From Escherichia phage PNJ-9, in the sequence record PQ100635.1: 64,000 nt of DNA; one strand, written 5' to 3'. The translations under genes were made by a program, and so were the position numbers. A model generated the notes under the pieces. The model did not search any database and was not told where the DNA came from. It worked only from the letters and a program-made list of their open reading frames with translations. This document shows positions 55,761 through 64,000 of this stretch, piece by piece (within the stretch, counting starts at the first letter, position 1; each line of letters begins with the position of its first letter).

Positions 55761-55988
55761 ATGAAACGTCAAATCATTAAAAACGTAACTACTGATTCAA
55801 ACATCGATGAGTTTGAAGATGTTCTGTTTAATCCTGATTTAGTTGTTGTACAGAAAAACTGGACCGAATTTTTATGCTACACCGAAGTGGTTTACGTTTA
55901 CGAAAAACTCGGTGATGAAATGCCTATCTATGGCATCTTCCGTGAAATCACTGAAAACGGTACAACTTATTGGAAGGAAACTTACTAA
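55761..55988 (+). CDS. hypothetical protein (75 aa)
   Basis: ATG after AGAGGAGAA RBS. Confidence 0.5.
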   Translation: MKRQIIKNVTTDSNIDEFEDVLFNPDLVVVQKNWTEFLCYTEVVYVYEKLGDEMPIYGIFREITENGTTYWKETY

Positions 55989-56398
55989 TGGCTAATAAAT
56001 TCCGCGTTAACTCATGGTACCAATTTATAGATAAACGTGCCCAAGAAGAGTTTATTAAAGACCACACTGATAATGGGATTTATGCACGACGTCTTGGCAT
56101 GGAACCATTTAAAGTATTAGATGTTGACCATCTTGGTCGTCCTACTAAAATTTTAACATCTACTGGCACGGTTGGATACGCAACAGGCGGTGATATCCTT
56201 GATGAAAACTTTATCTGGCTCTCCACGAATGAAGCAGAGTTCTTTGACGAAGTTGAAAATCCATATCAAGCGTCTGAAGAGCAAGATTCTGGTGAACTTG
56301 GTGAATTGTCTGAATTTCCTGTGATGACGATTACTATCGAAAATAATGACCAGGCATGGTCTTTGTATCAAATGTTGAAAGCACATTTTAAGGAATAA
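55988..56398 (+). CDS. hypothetical protein (136 aa)
   Basis: TAATG overlap start after GGAAGGAA. Confidence 0.5.
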   Translation: MANKFRVNSWYQFIDKRAQEEFIKDHTDNGIYARRLGMEPFKVLDVDHLGRPTKILTSTGTVGYATGGDILDENFIWLSTNEAEFFDEVENPYQASEEQDSGELGELSEFPVMTITIENNDQAWSLYQMLKAHFKE

Positions 56399-56400
56399 TA

Positions 56401-56580
56401 ATGCCATTATACGACTATAAATGTCAATCTGAAGATTGTGCCCATGAATATGAAAAAATTAAAAGAATTTCTGAACGAGAAAACGATGTTTGCCCTGAAT
56501 GTCATCGTCTGTCTACTCGTCGGGTTTCTGCTCCTAAACATGTGAACGGTGGTTTTTACGACTTACTTAAGAAGGGTTAA
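56401..56580 (+). CDS. FmdB-like zinc-ribbon protein (59 aa), below track threshold
   Basis: MPLYDYKCQSEDCAHEYE...CPECH two CxxC pairs; AAGGAA RBS. Confidence 0.45.
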   Translation: MPLYDYKCQSEDCAHEYEKIKRISERENDVCPECHRLSTRRVSAPKHVNGGFYDLLKKG

Positions 56581-56582
56581 TT

Positions 56583-57008
56583 ATGGCTTTTAAAGGTTTT
56601 GAAGTTGGTAAGAAATATCGTATTATCAAAGGACAGGAAGATAATTTCTTGAGAATTCTTAATACGACTGGTAAACGTCTTAATACTAATCTGCATACTA
56701 CTTTATTGTCCAAAGATTTTATTGTGGAAGAGATGATTGGTTACGGCGTTTCGGTTATTGCCGTAGAAGCCGTAGGCGATTATGGCCGAACTATTCATAG
56801 TATGCAAGGTGATATTCTGCTTTATGGTGCAGAATTTAAATTCTTTGAAGAAGTTCCGGAACCAGATACAGCTATCGATTTCAAAAAAGGCTCTATAGAA
56901 TTTGTTGATGGTTCGGTGATCGTATCAGGCGATGTGGTCATTACAGTTAAAAGTGAACAAGGGCGTCTGGCTGCAATTGATGCACTTCAGAAAATTAAAT
57001 TTAAATAA
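56583..57008 (+). CDS. hypothetical protein (141 aa)
   Basis: AGAAGGGT RBS. Confidence 0.5.
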   Translation: MAFKGFEVGKKYRIIKGQEDNFLRILNTTGKRLNTNLHTTLLSKDFIVEEMIGYGVSVIAVEAVGDYGRTIHSMQGDILLYGAEFKFFEEVPEPDTAIDFKKGSIEFVDGSVIVSGDVVITVKSEQGRLAAIDALQKIKFK

Positions 57009-57025
57009 GGGCTTCGGCCCTTTTT
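57009..57025 (+). terminator. rho-independent terminator (TTCG tetraloop)
   Basis: GGGC-TTCG-GCCC followed by TTTTT. Confidence 0.6.
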
Positions 57026-57049
57026 GCTTTAGATTTCGGATGATAGAAT
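57025..57049 (+). promoter_or_regulatory. middle promoter (TGCTTTA box, 12 bp, TAGAAT) upstream of gene 39
   Basis: Same architecture as the gene 47 promoter at 23700. Confidence 0.5.
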
Positions 57050-57071
57050 ACCTTCATAACGAGGAGACAAC

Positions 57072-58889
57072 ATGATTAAAAATGAAATTAAGGTATTGTC
57101 AGATGTAGAACATATTAAGAAACGAAGTGGCATGTATATTGGTTCTTCGGCCAAAGAAGCCCACGAGCGTTTTTTGTTTGGTAAATATCAACAAGTTGAA
57201 TATGTTCCTGGTCTGGTTAAATTAATCGATGAGATTATTGACAACTCGGTTGATGAAGCTATTCGTACATCATTTAAGTTTGCAAATAAAATTGATGTGC
57301 AAATTAAAAATAATCAAGTTTCGGTGGAAGATAACGGACGTGGTATTCCTCAAGGTTTAGTTACCGACCAAACAGGTGAACAAATTCCTGGGCCTGTAGC
57401 AGCCTGGACTATTCCAAAGGCTGGTGGTAACTTTGGTGATGACTCTGAACGCAAGACTGGTGGTATGAACGGCGTCGGGAGTAGTTTAACTAATATCTTC
57501 TCTACGTTGTTTACAGGCATCACGTCAGATGGCGAAAATGAAATCACTGTTAACTGTTCAAACGGAATGGAAAACAAATCATGGTCTTCTAAGAAATCTA
57601 AAGGTAAAGGCACTAAAGTAATCTTCACTCCCGATTTCTCTTCATTTGAAGAGCATAATTTATCTCAAATTTATTTAGATATTACTTTAGACCGACTTCA
57701 AACATTGGCAGTCGTTTATCCTGATATCAAGTTCACATTTAATGGTAAAAAGGTTGATGGTAATTTTAAACGATTTGCTAAACAATTTGGTGAAGATAAC
57801 ATCATTCAAGAAAATGATAAAGTCTCTATAGCATTCACAACATCACCAGACGGCTTCCGTCATTTAACTTATGTGAATAACATTCATACTAAAAATGGTG
57901 GTCATCATGTTGAATGTGTAATGGATGATATCTGCGAACATCTTTTGCCCGGCATTAAAAAGAAATATAAGGGTATTGAAGTCACTAAAGCTCGTGTTAA
58001 AGAATGTCTCACAATGTTGATGTTTATTAGAGACATGAGCAACATGCGTTTTGATTCTCAGACTAAAGAACGTTTAACGTCAACGTATGGTGATATTCGT
58101 AATCATATCCAATTAGATGCTAAGAAAATTGCTCAGGCACTTCTTAAAAATGAAGCTTTGATTATGCCTATTGTTGAAGCAGCATTAGCTCGTAAATTGG
58201 CAGCAGAAAAGGCTGCAGAAACTAAAGCAGCTAAAAAGGCAACTAAAGCTAAGGTTCATAAGCATATTAAAGCTAACCAATGTGGTAAAGATGCGGATAC
58301 GACATTGTTTTTAACAGAAGGTGATTCGGCAATTGGTTATCTCATTGATGTTCGTGACCGTGAACTACACGGCGGATTCCCATTACGTGGTAAGGTGATG
58401 AATAGCTGGGGTATGTCATATGCTGATATGATGAAGAACAAAGAGCTCTTTGATATCTGTGCTATCACAGGTCTTATTCTTGGTGAAAAGGCAGAGAACA
58501 CGAACTATCGTAATATTGCGATTATGACCGATGCCGATCATGACGGTCTTGGAAGTATTTATCCGGCTTTGCTTGCTTTCTTTAGTAATTGGCCTGAATT
58601 GTTTGAACAAGGACGTATTCGCTTTGTTAAAACGCCTGTAATTATTGCACAAATTGGCAAAACTCAAAAATGGTTTTATACTGTAGCTGAGTACGAAGAA
58701 GCTAAAGATACACTGCCTAAGCATAGTATTCGATACATCAAAGGATTGGGCTCCCTTGAAAAGTCAGAATATCGTGAAATGATTCAGAACCCTGTGTACG
58801 ACGTAGTTAAACTTCCTGAAAATTGGAAAGAACTCTTTGAAATGTTGTTGGGTGATGATTCAGAACTTCGTAAAGAATGGATGTCCTAA
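57072..58889 (+). CDS. 39: DNA topoisomerase II large subunit gp39 (GyrB-like ATPase)
   Basis: 605 aa; GHKL ATPase motifs (EDNGRGIP) and TOPRIM; unsplit form (no separate gene 60). Confidence 0.9.
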   Translation: MIKNEIKVLSDVEHIKKRSGMYIGSSAKEAHERFLFGKYQQVEYVPGLVKLIDEIIDNSVDEAIRTSFKFANKIDVQIKNNQVSVEDNGRGIPQGLVTDQTGEQIPGPVAAWTIPKAGGNFGDDSERKTGGMNGVGSSLTNIFSTLFTGITSDGENEITVNCSNGMENKSWSSKKSKGKGTKVIFTPDFSSFEEHNLSQIYLDITLDRLQTLAVVYPDIKFTFNGKKVDGNFKRFAKQFGEDNIIQENDKVSIAFTTSPDGFRHLTYVNNIHTKNGGHHVECVMDDICEHLLPGIKKKYKGIEVTKARVKECLTMLMFIRDMSNMRFDSQTKERLTSTYGDIRNHIQLDAKKIAQALLKNEALIMPIVEAALARKLAAEKAAETKAAKKATKAKVHKHIKANQCGKDADTTLFLTEGDSAIGYLIDVRDRELHGGFPLRGKVMNSWGMSYADMMKNKELFDICAITGLILGEKAENTNYRNIAIMTDADHDGLGSIYPALLAFFSNWPELFEQGRIRFVKTPVIIAQIGKTQKWFYTVAEYEEAKDTLPKHSIRYIKGLGSLEKSEYREMIQNPVYDVVKLPENWKELFEMLLGDDSELRKEWMS

Positions 58890-58912
58890 GCTCCTTAGGG
58901 AGCTTCATTTTA
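58888..58912 (+). terminator. hairpin terminator candidate
   Basis: AAGCTCC-TTAG-GGAGCTT then T-rich tail; overlaps gene 39 stop. Confidence 0.4.
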
Positions 58913-58931
58913 ATTTTAATAAGGCTTAATT

Positions 58932-60032
58932 ATGAAAGTTATGTTTATCCCATCTCGTGCAGTCCCATTTAATCCTGACCGTGTACAAGGTGGTCTTGAA
59001 GCAGTACATTTAAATGTGTTGAAATATCTTGTGTCCATCGGCGCTGATATTGATTATATCGGCTTTGATAATGACACGTTTGGTGATTGGAAAGTTACAC
59101 ACCATCCTGTTGGTCATCTGACTAAATTCAGTCTAGGTATGAGTTATACTATGGCTCGTAAGATTGTTGAACTAGCCGGCATCCATGAATACGATTTTGT
59201 TGTTACTATGGAACCGACTAAACTAACCGTTCAGGCAATTAAAGACGCAGGTCTCTCTAAAGTTCATAAGAATTTTATGGCAACACCATTTGAACCGGTA
59301 TCTCGTGGCATTGTTCAAATTTGGGACCAGACTATTCAAATTCATAAGAATGGTGGTAAGAGTTATGCTCCTACTAAAGCCTTCCGTGAATTTGAACGCA
59401 AATATTGTTATATGACTTCAGGTCTGACTGACAAAATTGATTATGATTATTGGCGAGCAAATCCGTTGTTTGAAGCCGAAGATTATCCGGTTATTTGTTT
59501 GAATGAGAAACCTGAAGTTCTTCCGGCGACTGATCTGATTATTAGTGCACAACGTTATGACACTAAAATGCGTCGCACTGATGTTGCTCTTGAAGCAATT
59601 AAAGCACTAGGCGAAAATGGTGTAGGATACTGTCCAAGCAAATGGGCACCACCAGCTAAATATCCTGTTATTATTGATGCTCCACACAGTGAAATCATGG
59701 AACGTCTTAAAACAGCTAAAGCACTTATTAATACTTGTCCTGACACAGGTACAGTAGAGAATAGTTCTATTGAAGCCATCTCTAAAGGTGTCCCTGTAAT
59801 CCAGTTAGTTTTTAAGGATTATCCTCATGCGACATTTGAATACGACCCAGATACTGTGCGTGTAGAAATTGATTCCTCTACTCCTAAGAAAGAAGTAGTT
59901 GCGCTTTACACAAAAGCTGTATTAGAATTCACTGACACATACGAAGCTCGAGTTAAACGTGCTGAAGCAGTATGGAAGAAGTATAATCGAGATGCAGTTG
60001 TTGCGATGTGGGATAAAATCTTCACAGCGTAA
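58932..60032 (+). CDS. GT-B-fold glycosyltransferase-like protein (366 aa)
   Basis: N-terminal MKVMFIPSRA...GGLE and C-terminal ENSSIEAISKGVPVI resemble GT1/GT4-type motifs; sits between 39 and rIIA. Confidence 0.6.
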   Translation: MKVMFIPSRAVPFNPDRVQGGLEAVHLNVLKYLVSIGADIDYIGFDNDTFGDWKVTHHPVGHLTKFSLGMSYTMARKIVELAGIHEYDFVVTMEPTKLTVQAIKDAGLSKVHKNFMATPFEPVSRGIVQIWDQTIQIHKNGGKSYAPTKAFREFERKYCYMTSGLTDKIDYDYWRANPLFEAEDYPVICLNEKPEVLPATDLIISAQRYDTKMRRTDVALEAIKALGENGVGYCPSKWAPPAKYPVIIDAPHSEIMERLKTAKALINTCPDTGTVENSSIEAISKGVPVIQLVFKDYPHATFEYDPDTVRVEIDSSTPKKEVVALYTKAVLEFTDTYEARVKRAEAVWKKYNRDAVVAMWDKIFTA

Positions 60033-60124
60033 ATCCTGAATAGCCTGAGGCACTATTACACATAAGATGATAGATTATACGGTCTTTAGTAATAGTGCCC
60101 TAGGAATCTACTGAAGAGAATATT

Positions 60125-60325
60125 ATGAGAACATATAACGTGGACTTGGAACTTTTTGATAAAGCTGTGCTCCGGGAATTCCGGCTTATCCAAAGATTTT
60201 TTGATATCGAGTCAGCAGAGTCCTTTAAAGAACGCTTTAAAGAAATTCGATATAAAATACAAACCGATACAGCTACTAAAGAAGAACTTCTTGAAGTAGC
60301 AGAAATTTTTAAACGTAACTTGTGA
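60125..60325 (+). CDS. hypothetical protein (66 aa; rIIA.1 position)
   Basis: GAAGAGAAT RBS. Confidence 0.5.
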   Translation: MRTYNVDLELFDKAVLREFRLIQRFFDIESAESFKERFKEIRYKIQTDTATKEELLEVAEIFKRNL

Positions 60326-60337
60326 TGAGAGAAAAAT

Positions 60338-62551
60338 ATGATTATTGAAACGGCTAAAGAAACGATTATTGGTTCAGGCGGTAAGAGCACAGCATTTACT
60401 ATTCAAGGCAATAGCAAAGTTTATAAGATTTTGTCTAATGACCTTTATACAAACAAAGAATTGGCTTGTGTACGTGAATTAATCACAAACTGTATCGATG
60501 GACAAATTCTTAATGGTTGCACTGATAAGTTTATTGTTCAGGCTCCAGGTCGTTTAGACCCACGTTTTGTAGTTCGAGACTTTGGTCCTGGTATGAGTGA
60601 TTTCACCATTCGAGGTAATGACGAAGAGCCAGGAATCTATAACTCATATTTTGCTTCAACTAAAACATCGAGTAACGATTTCATCGGTGGATTCGGACTC
60701 GGCTCTAAAGCTCCACTAGCATATACCGATACGTTTAACCTTACGTCTTATCACAACGGTGAAGTTCGTGGTTATGTAATTTATCAAGATGACACAGGCC
60801 CACAGATTAAGCCGACCTTCGTAGATAAGATGGGTCCTGATGACCGTACGGGTGTAGAAGTAGTTGTGCCTGTTAACCCAGAAGATTTTGAAAAGTTCGC
60901 ATCTGAAATTGCATATGTTATGCGTCCTCTAGGTGATATTGCAGAAGTTCGTGGTGTTAAAGATATCAAATACTTCCCGGAATTCGATGATGTTTATTTA
61001 GCCAAGGAAGCTCCATGGGGTGAACGTGGTAATATCATGGCTGTTTATGGCGGTATTGTATATCCAATCGGAAGTGTTATTAAAGAACAAACATGGATGA
61101 TGACGCGATGCACTACAGCTTATATTAAATTCCCTATGGGTGAACTAGATGTCGCCCCGTCTCGTGAAGCATTGTCATTTGATAAACGTACCGTAGCAAA
61201 TATCCATAAACGCGTTGCAGAAATCGATGCTAAACTGTTCGCTGAAGATTCTAAGAAATGGATTGATTGTAAATACCCACGTCATGTGTTCCGTGAAATT
61301 GATTCTCTTGGCTATACCGCTCGTAAATACATGGAAAAGGCTGGGTCTAATATTGAATCACTAAAATACTCTAAAGAACAACTAACTTATTCCGAGTTGT
61401 ACAAACGTTTTAAAATGGGACCTGAATGGTGCAACCTTGGCGTTGTATATGATATAGTTTCAGACCCACGACTTCGTCGTATTCGTGAAAGCGGAAGCTC
61501 GTCTGCAACTATTTCAATTAATAGCCTGCTAGGTATTAGTCGTAAGCATATTGATATTGTTATTGACGATGTGAAAGGCCGCGTACCAATGATGCGTGCT
61601 CTGAACGATGCTTTGACTTCCACCGATGCATCAACACTCGTTGATAAGGTTCCTTCCGGATGGGGTAGTAGCGTATTATTCGTTAATCCGGAAGATGAAG
61701 TTGCAATGAAACTTCTAGAACGATTAAAGGTTATTTTCGCTGGTGATAGCCTTAAATTTTATAAGACCTCTGAAATTCTTGCATTAGTTAAACCGTGGAT
61801 TGAAGTTAAAGAACGTTCATCGCAGCCTCGTCCTAAATCCCCAAGTGCTCATCGGTTCTTTAAGAATGAAAACGATGTTTGGGTATCAGAAGATCTCTTT
61901 ATTCCGGCCGGTAAAGCCGATGAGATTCAAGGTTATGTTGTAATTCGTAATCGTTCTAACGCCGAATGTCTTGACGCAGATAAAGGTTGGTTGAACTATG
62001 ATTCTAGTTTCTTGACTCGTATTGCTGATTTGTCAGGTATTAAAGAGTTCACTGTAGTCCGTCCACAGATTGCTAAGAAAGTTCGTAAACTTGGTGAAGT
62101 AGAATGCTTGTTCGAAAAATCAATTAATGACTATATTACGCTAATTGACAAAGTGGATTATGATGAGTATGTATCACCAAGTCGTAGAGCACAGCCTTAT
62201 TTGAATCATATTACTCGTAATGAAGAGCTTAACTTCCTTAGTAAGTATTTTAGCTCTAAGAACAAAGAAATCAGTAAAGATTTTGCAAAACTTTCAACAG
62301 TAAATAATCGTTGGGGATGGAATCGATTCGCAGGTGCTGATAACAGAGACCTGAACAGGAAGTTAGAATTGTGTGCTAAAATTTTCGATAAGCTTAAAGA
62401 TAATGCTTACGATAATGATGATAAAATGGTTATTGAATTTGAAACCAATTATCATATTGTGTCAGAATACATGGGACGACGTGGTACTCTTTCTAAAGAA
62501 CAGGTCGCTCAAATCGTTAAATTCATGAAGGCCGTGGAAGCGGCCAAATAA
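60338..62551 (+). CDS. rIIA: rIIA membrane-associated protein (GHKL ATPase-like)
   Basis: 737 aa; ELITNCIDG ATPase motif; followed by rIIB. Confidence 0.85.
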   Translation: MIIETAKETIIGSGGKSTAFTIQGNSKVYKILSNDLYTNKELACVRELITNCIDGQILNGCTDKFIVQAPGRLDPRFVVRDFGPGMSDFTIRGNDEEPGIYNSYFASTKTSSNDFIGGFGLGSKAPLAYTDTFNLTSYHNGEVRGYVIYQDDTGPQIKPTFVDKMGPDDRTGVEVVVPVNPEDFEKFASEIAYVMRPLGDIAEVRGVKDIKYFPEFDDVYLAKEAPWGERGNIMAVYGGIVYPIGSVIKEQTWMMTRCTTAYIKFPMGELDVAPSREALSFDKRTVANIHKRVAEIDAKLFAEDSKKWIDCKYPRHVFREIDSLGYTARKYMEKAGSNIESLKYSKEQLTYSELYKRFKMGPEWCNLGVVYDIVSDPRLRRIRESGSSSATISINSLLGISRKHIDIVIDDVKGRVPMMRALNDALTSTDASTLVDKVPSGWGSSVLFVNPEDEVAMKLLERLKVIFAGDSLKFYKTSEILALVKPWIEVKERSSQPRPKSPSAHRFFKNENDVWVSEDLFIPAGKADEIQGYVVIRNRSNAECLDADKGWLNYDSSFLTRIADLSGIKEFTVVRPQIAKKVRKLGEVECLFEKSINDYITLIDKVDYDEYVSPSRRAQPYLNHITRNEELNFLSKYFSSKNKEISKDFAKLSTVNNRWGWNRFAGADNRDLNRKLELCAKIFDKLKDNAYDNDDKMVIEFETNYHIVSEYMGRRGTLSKEQVAQIVKFMKAVEAAK

Positions 62552-62560
62552 GGAAACATT

Positions 62561-63508
62561 ATGTACAATATCAAATGCTTGTCCCAAGAAGAACAGTTAG
62601 AAGCTTACGGCCTGGTTGAATCAGGCAAATGGACTCGTAAAGAAATTGCCGATTACTTCGACATTTCAACAGATACTCTTCGTAAGATTGTTAAGAATTT
62701 TAAAGCAGAAGGCGTTGTCCCTGAAGCAAACGATGCCTCTTATGTAATCGAAGAAGTTCCAGAAAATGATGAACCTATTATCGGCGGACATCGTCCTGAA
62801 ATCGTATGGAACGCGTCATCTAAATTTATTTCAATTATTGAAGGACGCGTAGCATACAATGCGACTCCATCAAGTCATGCAAATTTTGAAGAAATTAAAG
62901 CTAATCTGGTCGCAGGAAACCTTAGTAAAGCTGTCGAACTTATTAACATCAAGAAAGCTATTAGTAAGTTTGTTGACGGTAATGTTGTTATTGAAGGTGG
63001 TAGTTTATTTTATCAAGGTATAGAGATTCGTTCAGGGCTGGTTAACCGTATTATTGATTCCATGGAAAAAGGCGAAGACTTTAAATTCTATCTACCGTTC
63101 CTTGAAAACCTGTTAGAAAACCCAAGCGAAAAAGCTGTACAACGTTTATTCGACTTCTTGGTTGCAAATGATATTGAAATCACTGAAGATGGGCATTTCT
63201 ACGCGTGGAAAGTAGTTCGTAAAGATTATTTAGATTGCTATAGCGGTACATTTGATAACTCACCAGGTAAAGTTGTTTCAATGCCTCGTACTCGTGTTAA
63301 CGATGATGATACTCAAACCTGTTCTCGCGGTCTCCACGTTTGTGCTAAATCTTATATTCGCCACTTTGGTTCAAGCTCAGATAAAGTTGTTAAGGTTAAA
63401 GTTCATCCACGTGATGTTGTATCCATCCCGGTTGACTATGGTGATGCTAAGATGCGTACTTGTCGTTATGAAGTAATTTCAGACGTTACTGAATTATTTG
63501 CAGAATAA
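62561..63508 (+). CDS. rIIB: rIIB protein
   Basis: 315 aa; directly downstream of rIIA; T4 rIIB is 312 aa. Confidence 0.8.
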   Translation: MYNIKCLSQEEQLEAYGLVESGKWTRKEIADYFDISTDTLRKIVKNFKAEGVVPEANDASYVIEEVPENDEPIIGGHRPEIVWNASSKFISIIEGRVAYNATPSSHANFEEIKANLVAGNLSKAVELINIKKAISKFVDGNVVIEGGSLFYQGIEIRSGLVNRIIDSMEKGEDFKFYLPFLENLLENPSEKAVQRLFDFLVANDIEITEDGHFYAWKVVRKDYLDCYSGTFDNSPGKVVSMPRTRVNDDDTQTCSRGLHVCAKSYIRHFGSSSDKVVKVKVHPRDVVSIPVDYGDAKMRTCRYEVISDVTELFAE

Positions 63509-63513
63509 TAATT

Positions 63514-63537
63514 GGGGACTTCGGTCCCCTTTTTTTC
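63514..63537 (+). terminator. rho-independent terminator (TTCG tetraloop)
   Basis: GGGGAC-TTCG-GTCCCC followed by TTTTTTT. Confidence 0.7.
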
Positions 63538-63550
63538 TTTAGGGGTAATT

Positions 63551-63838
63551 ATGATTCATCCATTTGACGTATCAGAATCCAAAATTGCTAATCTTCGTGG
63601 TCATCATAAGTGTAAATCAGTTTATTGTGCTAAATTGGTAAAACACCCAGGTGATGCACACTATGGCTGGTTAGAATGCGACGAAGTTGTTAATGAAATT
63701 CCACCTGTAGATGCTGAATATCTTGAAGAAGGTGACCGCATTTATTTTGGCGAACTACACATCAGAGGTATCTATGGTAAAGACGAACTTGGGATTGTTG
63801 AGACTGAAGAGTCTTCCGACATTTATCCTGTCGAATGA
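63551..63838 (+). CDS. hypothetical Cys/His-containing protein (95 aa)
   Basis: ATG after TAGGGGT; in frame with track ORF 63512..63838. Confidence 0.45.
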   Translation: MIHPFDVSESKIANLRGHHKCKSVYCAKLVKHPGDAHYGWLECDEVVNEIPPVDAEYLEEGDRIYFGELHIRGIYGKDELGIVETEESSDIYPVE

Positions 63839-63854
63839 GTTTTTGACTAGTGAA

Positions 63855-64000
63855 ATGAAGGTGAAGATTGCTGACACTGCTCGGTACTCATTGAAACAAG
63901 ATCCAGGCCAAAACAAAGAAGATGTAGTTCGACGTTGTAAGGTTGCGGTCTTTGCAGAGTATGTAGTAGCAAATTGGCTAGATGGATATGTTAATAAAGG
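63855..64000 (+). CDS. 5' fragment of a gene running off the window end
   Basis: Open frame from ATG 63855 to window edge; weak RBS. Confidence 0.25.
   Translation, partial: MKVKIADTARYSLKQDPGQNKEDVVRRCKVAVFAEYVVANWLDGYVNK

Noticed and set aside
1-64000. CRISPR arrays, integrase or transposase genes, rRNA
   Set aside because: No regularly spaced direct repeats and no recombinase-like ORFs were seen; content is typical lytic T4-like phage. tRNA genes could not be excluded by eye and would need tRNAscan-SE.

Overview
This window reads as a contiguous ~64 kb segment of a T4-like (Tevenvirinae) phage genome covering the early/middle replication, recombination and nucleotide-metabolism region. 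Nearly all genes are on the + strand, tightly packed, often with overlapping stop/start codons (ATGA, TAATG). Gene order follows the T4 transcription order: regB, tk, rI, nrdC, 49, nrdD (split by a group I intron), nrdG, 55, 47, 46, 45, 44, 62, regA, 43, 42, uvsX, 40, 41, 61, 56, soc, srd, dda, dexA, 39, rIIA, rIIB. The 903-aa DNA polymerase matches, from memory, the RB69 gp43 sequence, so this is RB69 or a very close relative; that identification is recollection, not a search result. The most interesting region is an accessory island between gene 43 and uvsX (33749-40299). Where T4 carries imm and beta-glucosyltransferase, this phage carries a SIS-domain sugar-phosphate isomerase, a fused sugar-1-P nucleotidyltransferase/anomeric-kinase, a HAD-type phosphatase, a TIM-barrel-like protein with a Cys cluster, dCMP hydroxymethylase, a 299-aa unknown protein in the beta-gt position and a P-loop kinase. 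A separate GT-B-like glycosyltransferase sits between gene 39 and rIIA. Together these look like a complete pathway to make an NDP-pentose (plausibly arabinose) and attach it to 5-hmC in DNA; the individual enzyme assignments are inference. Other notable content: an Arr-like ADP-ribosyltransferase, a macro-domain protein and a ModA/ModB-like ADP-ribosyltransferase; a free-standing HNH endonuclease between genes 47 and 46; an Imm-like membrane protein in a second accessory island between genes 41 and 61; one well-supported antisense small membrane-protein gene; and repeated early-promoter modules with dyad symmetry around the -10 element. No CRISPR array, integrase or rRNA was seen; tRNAs could not be scanned reliably by eye.
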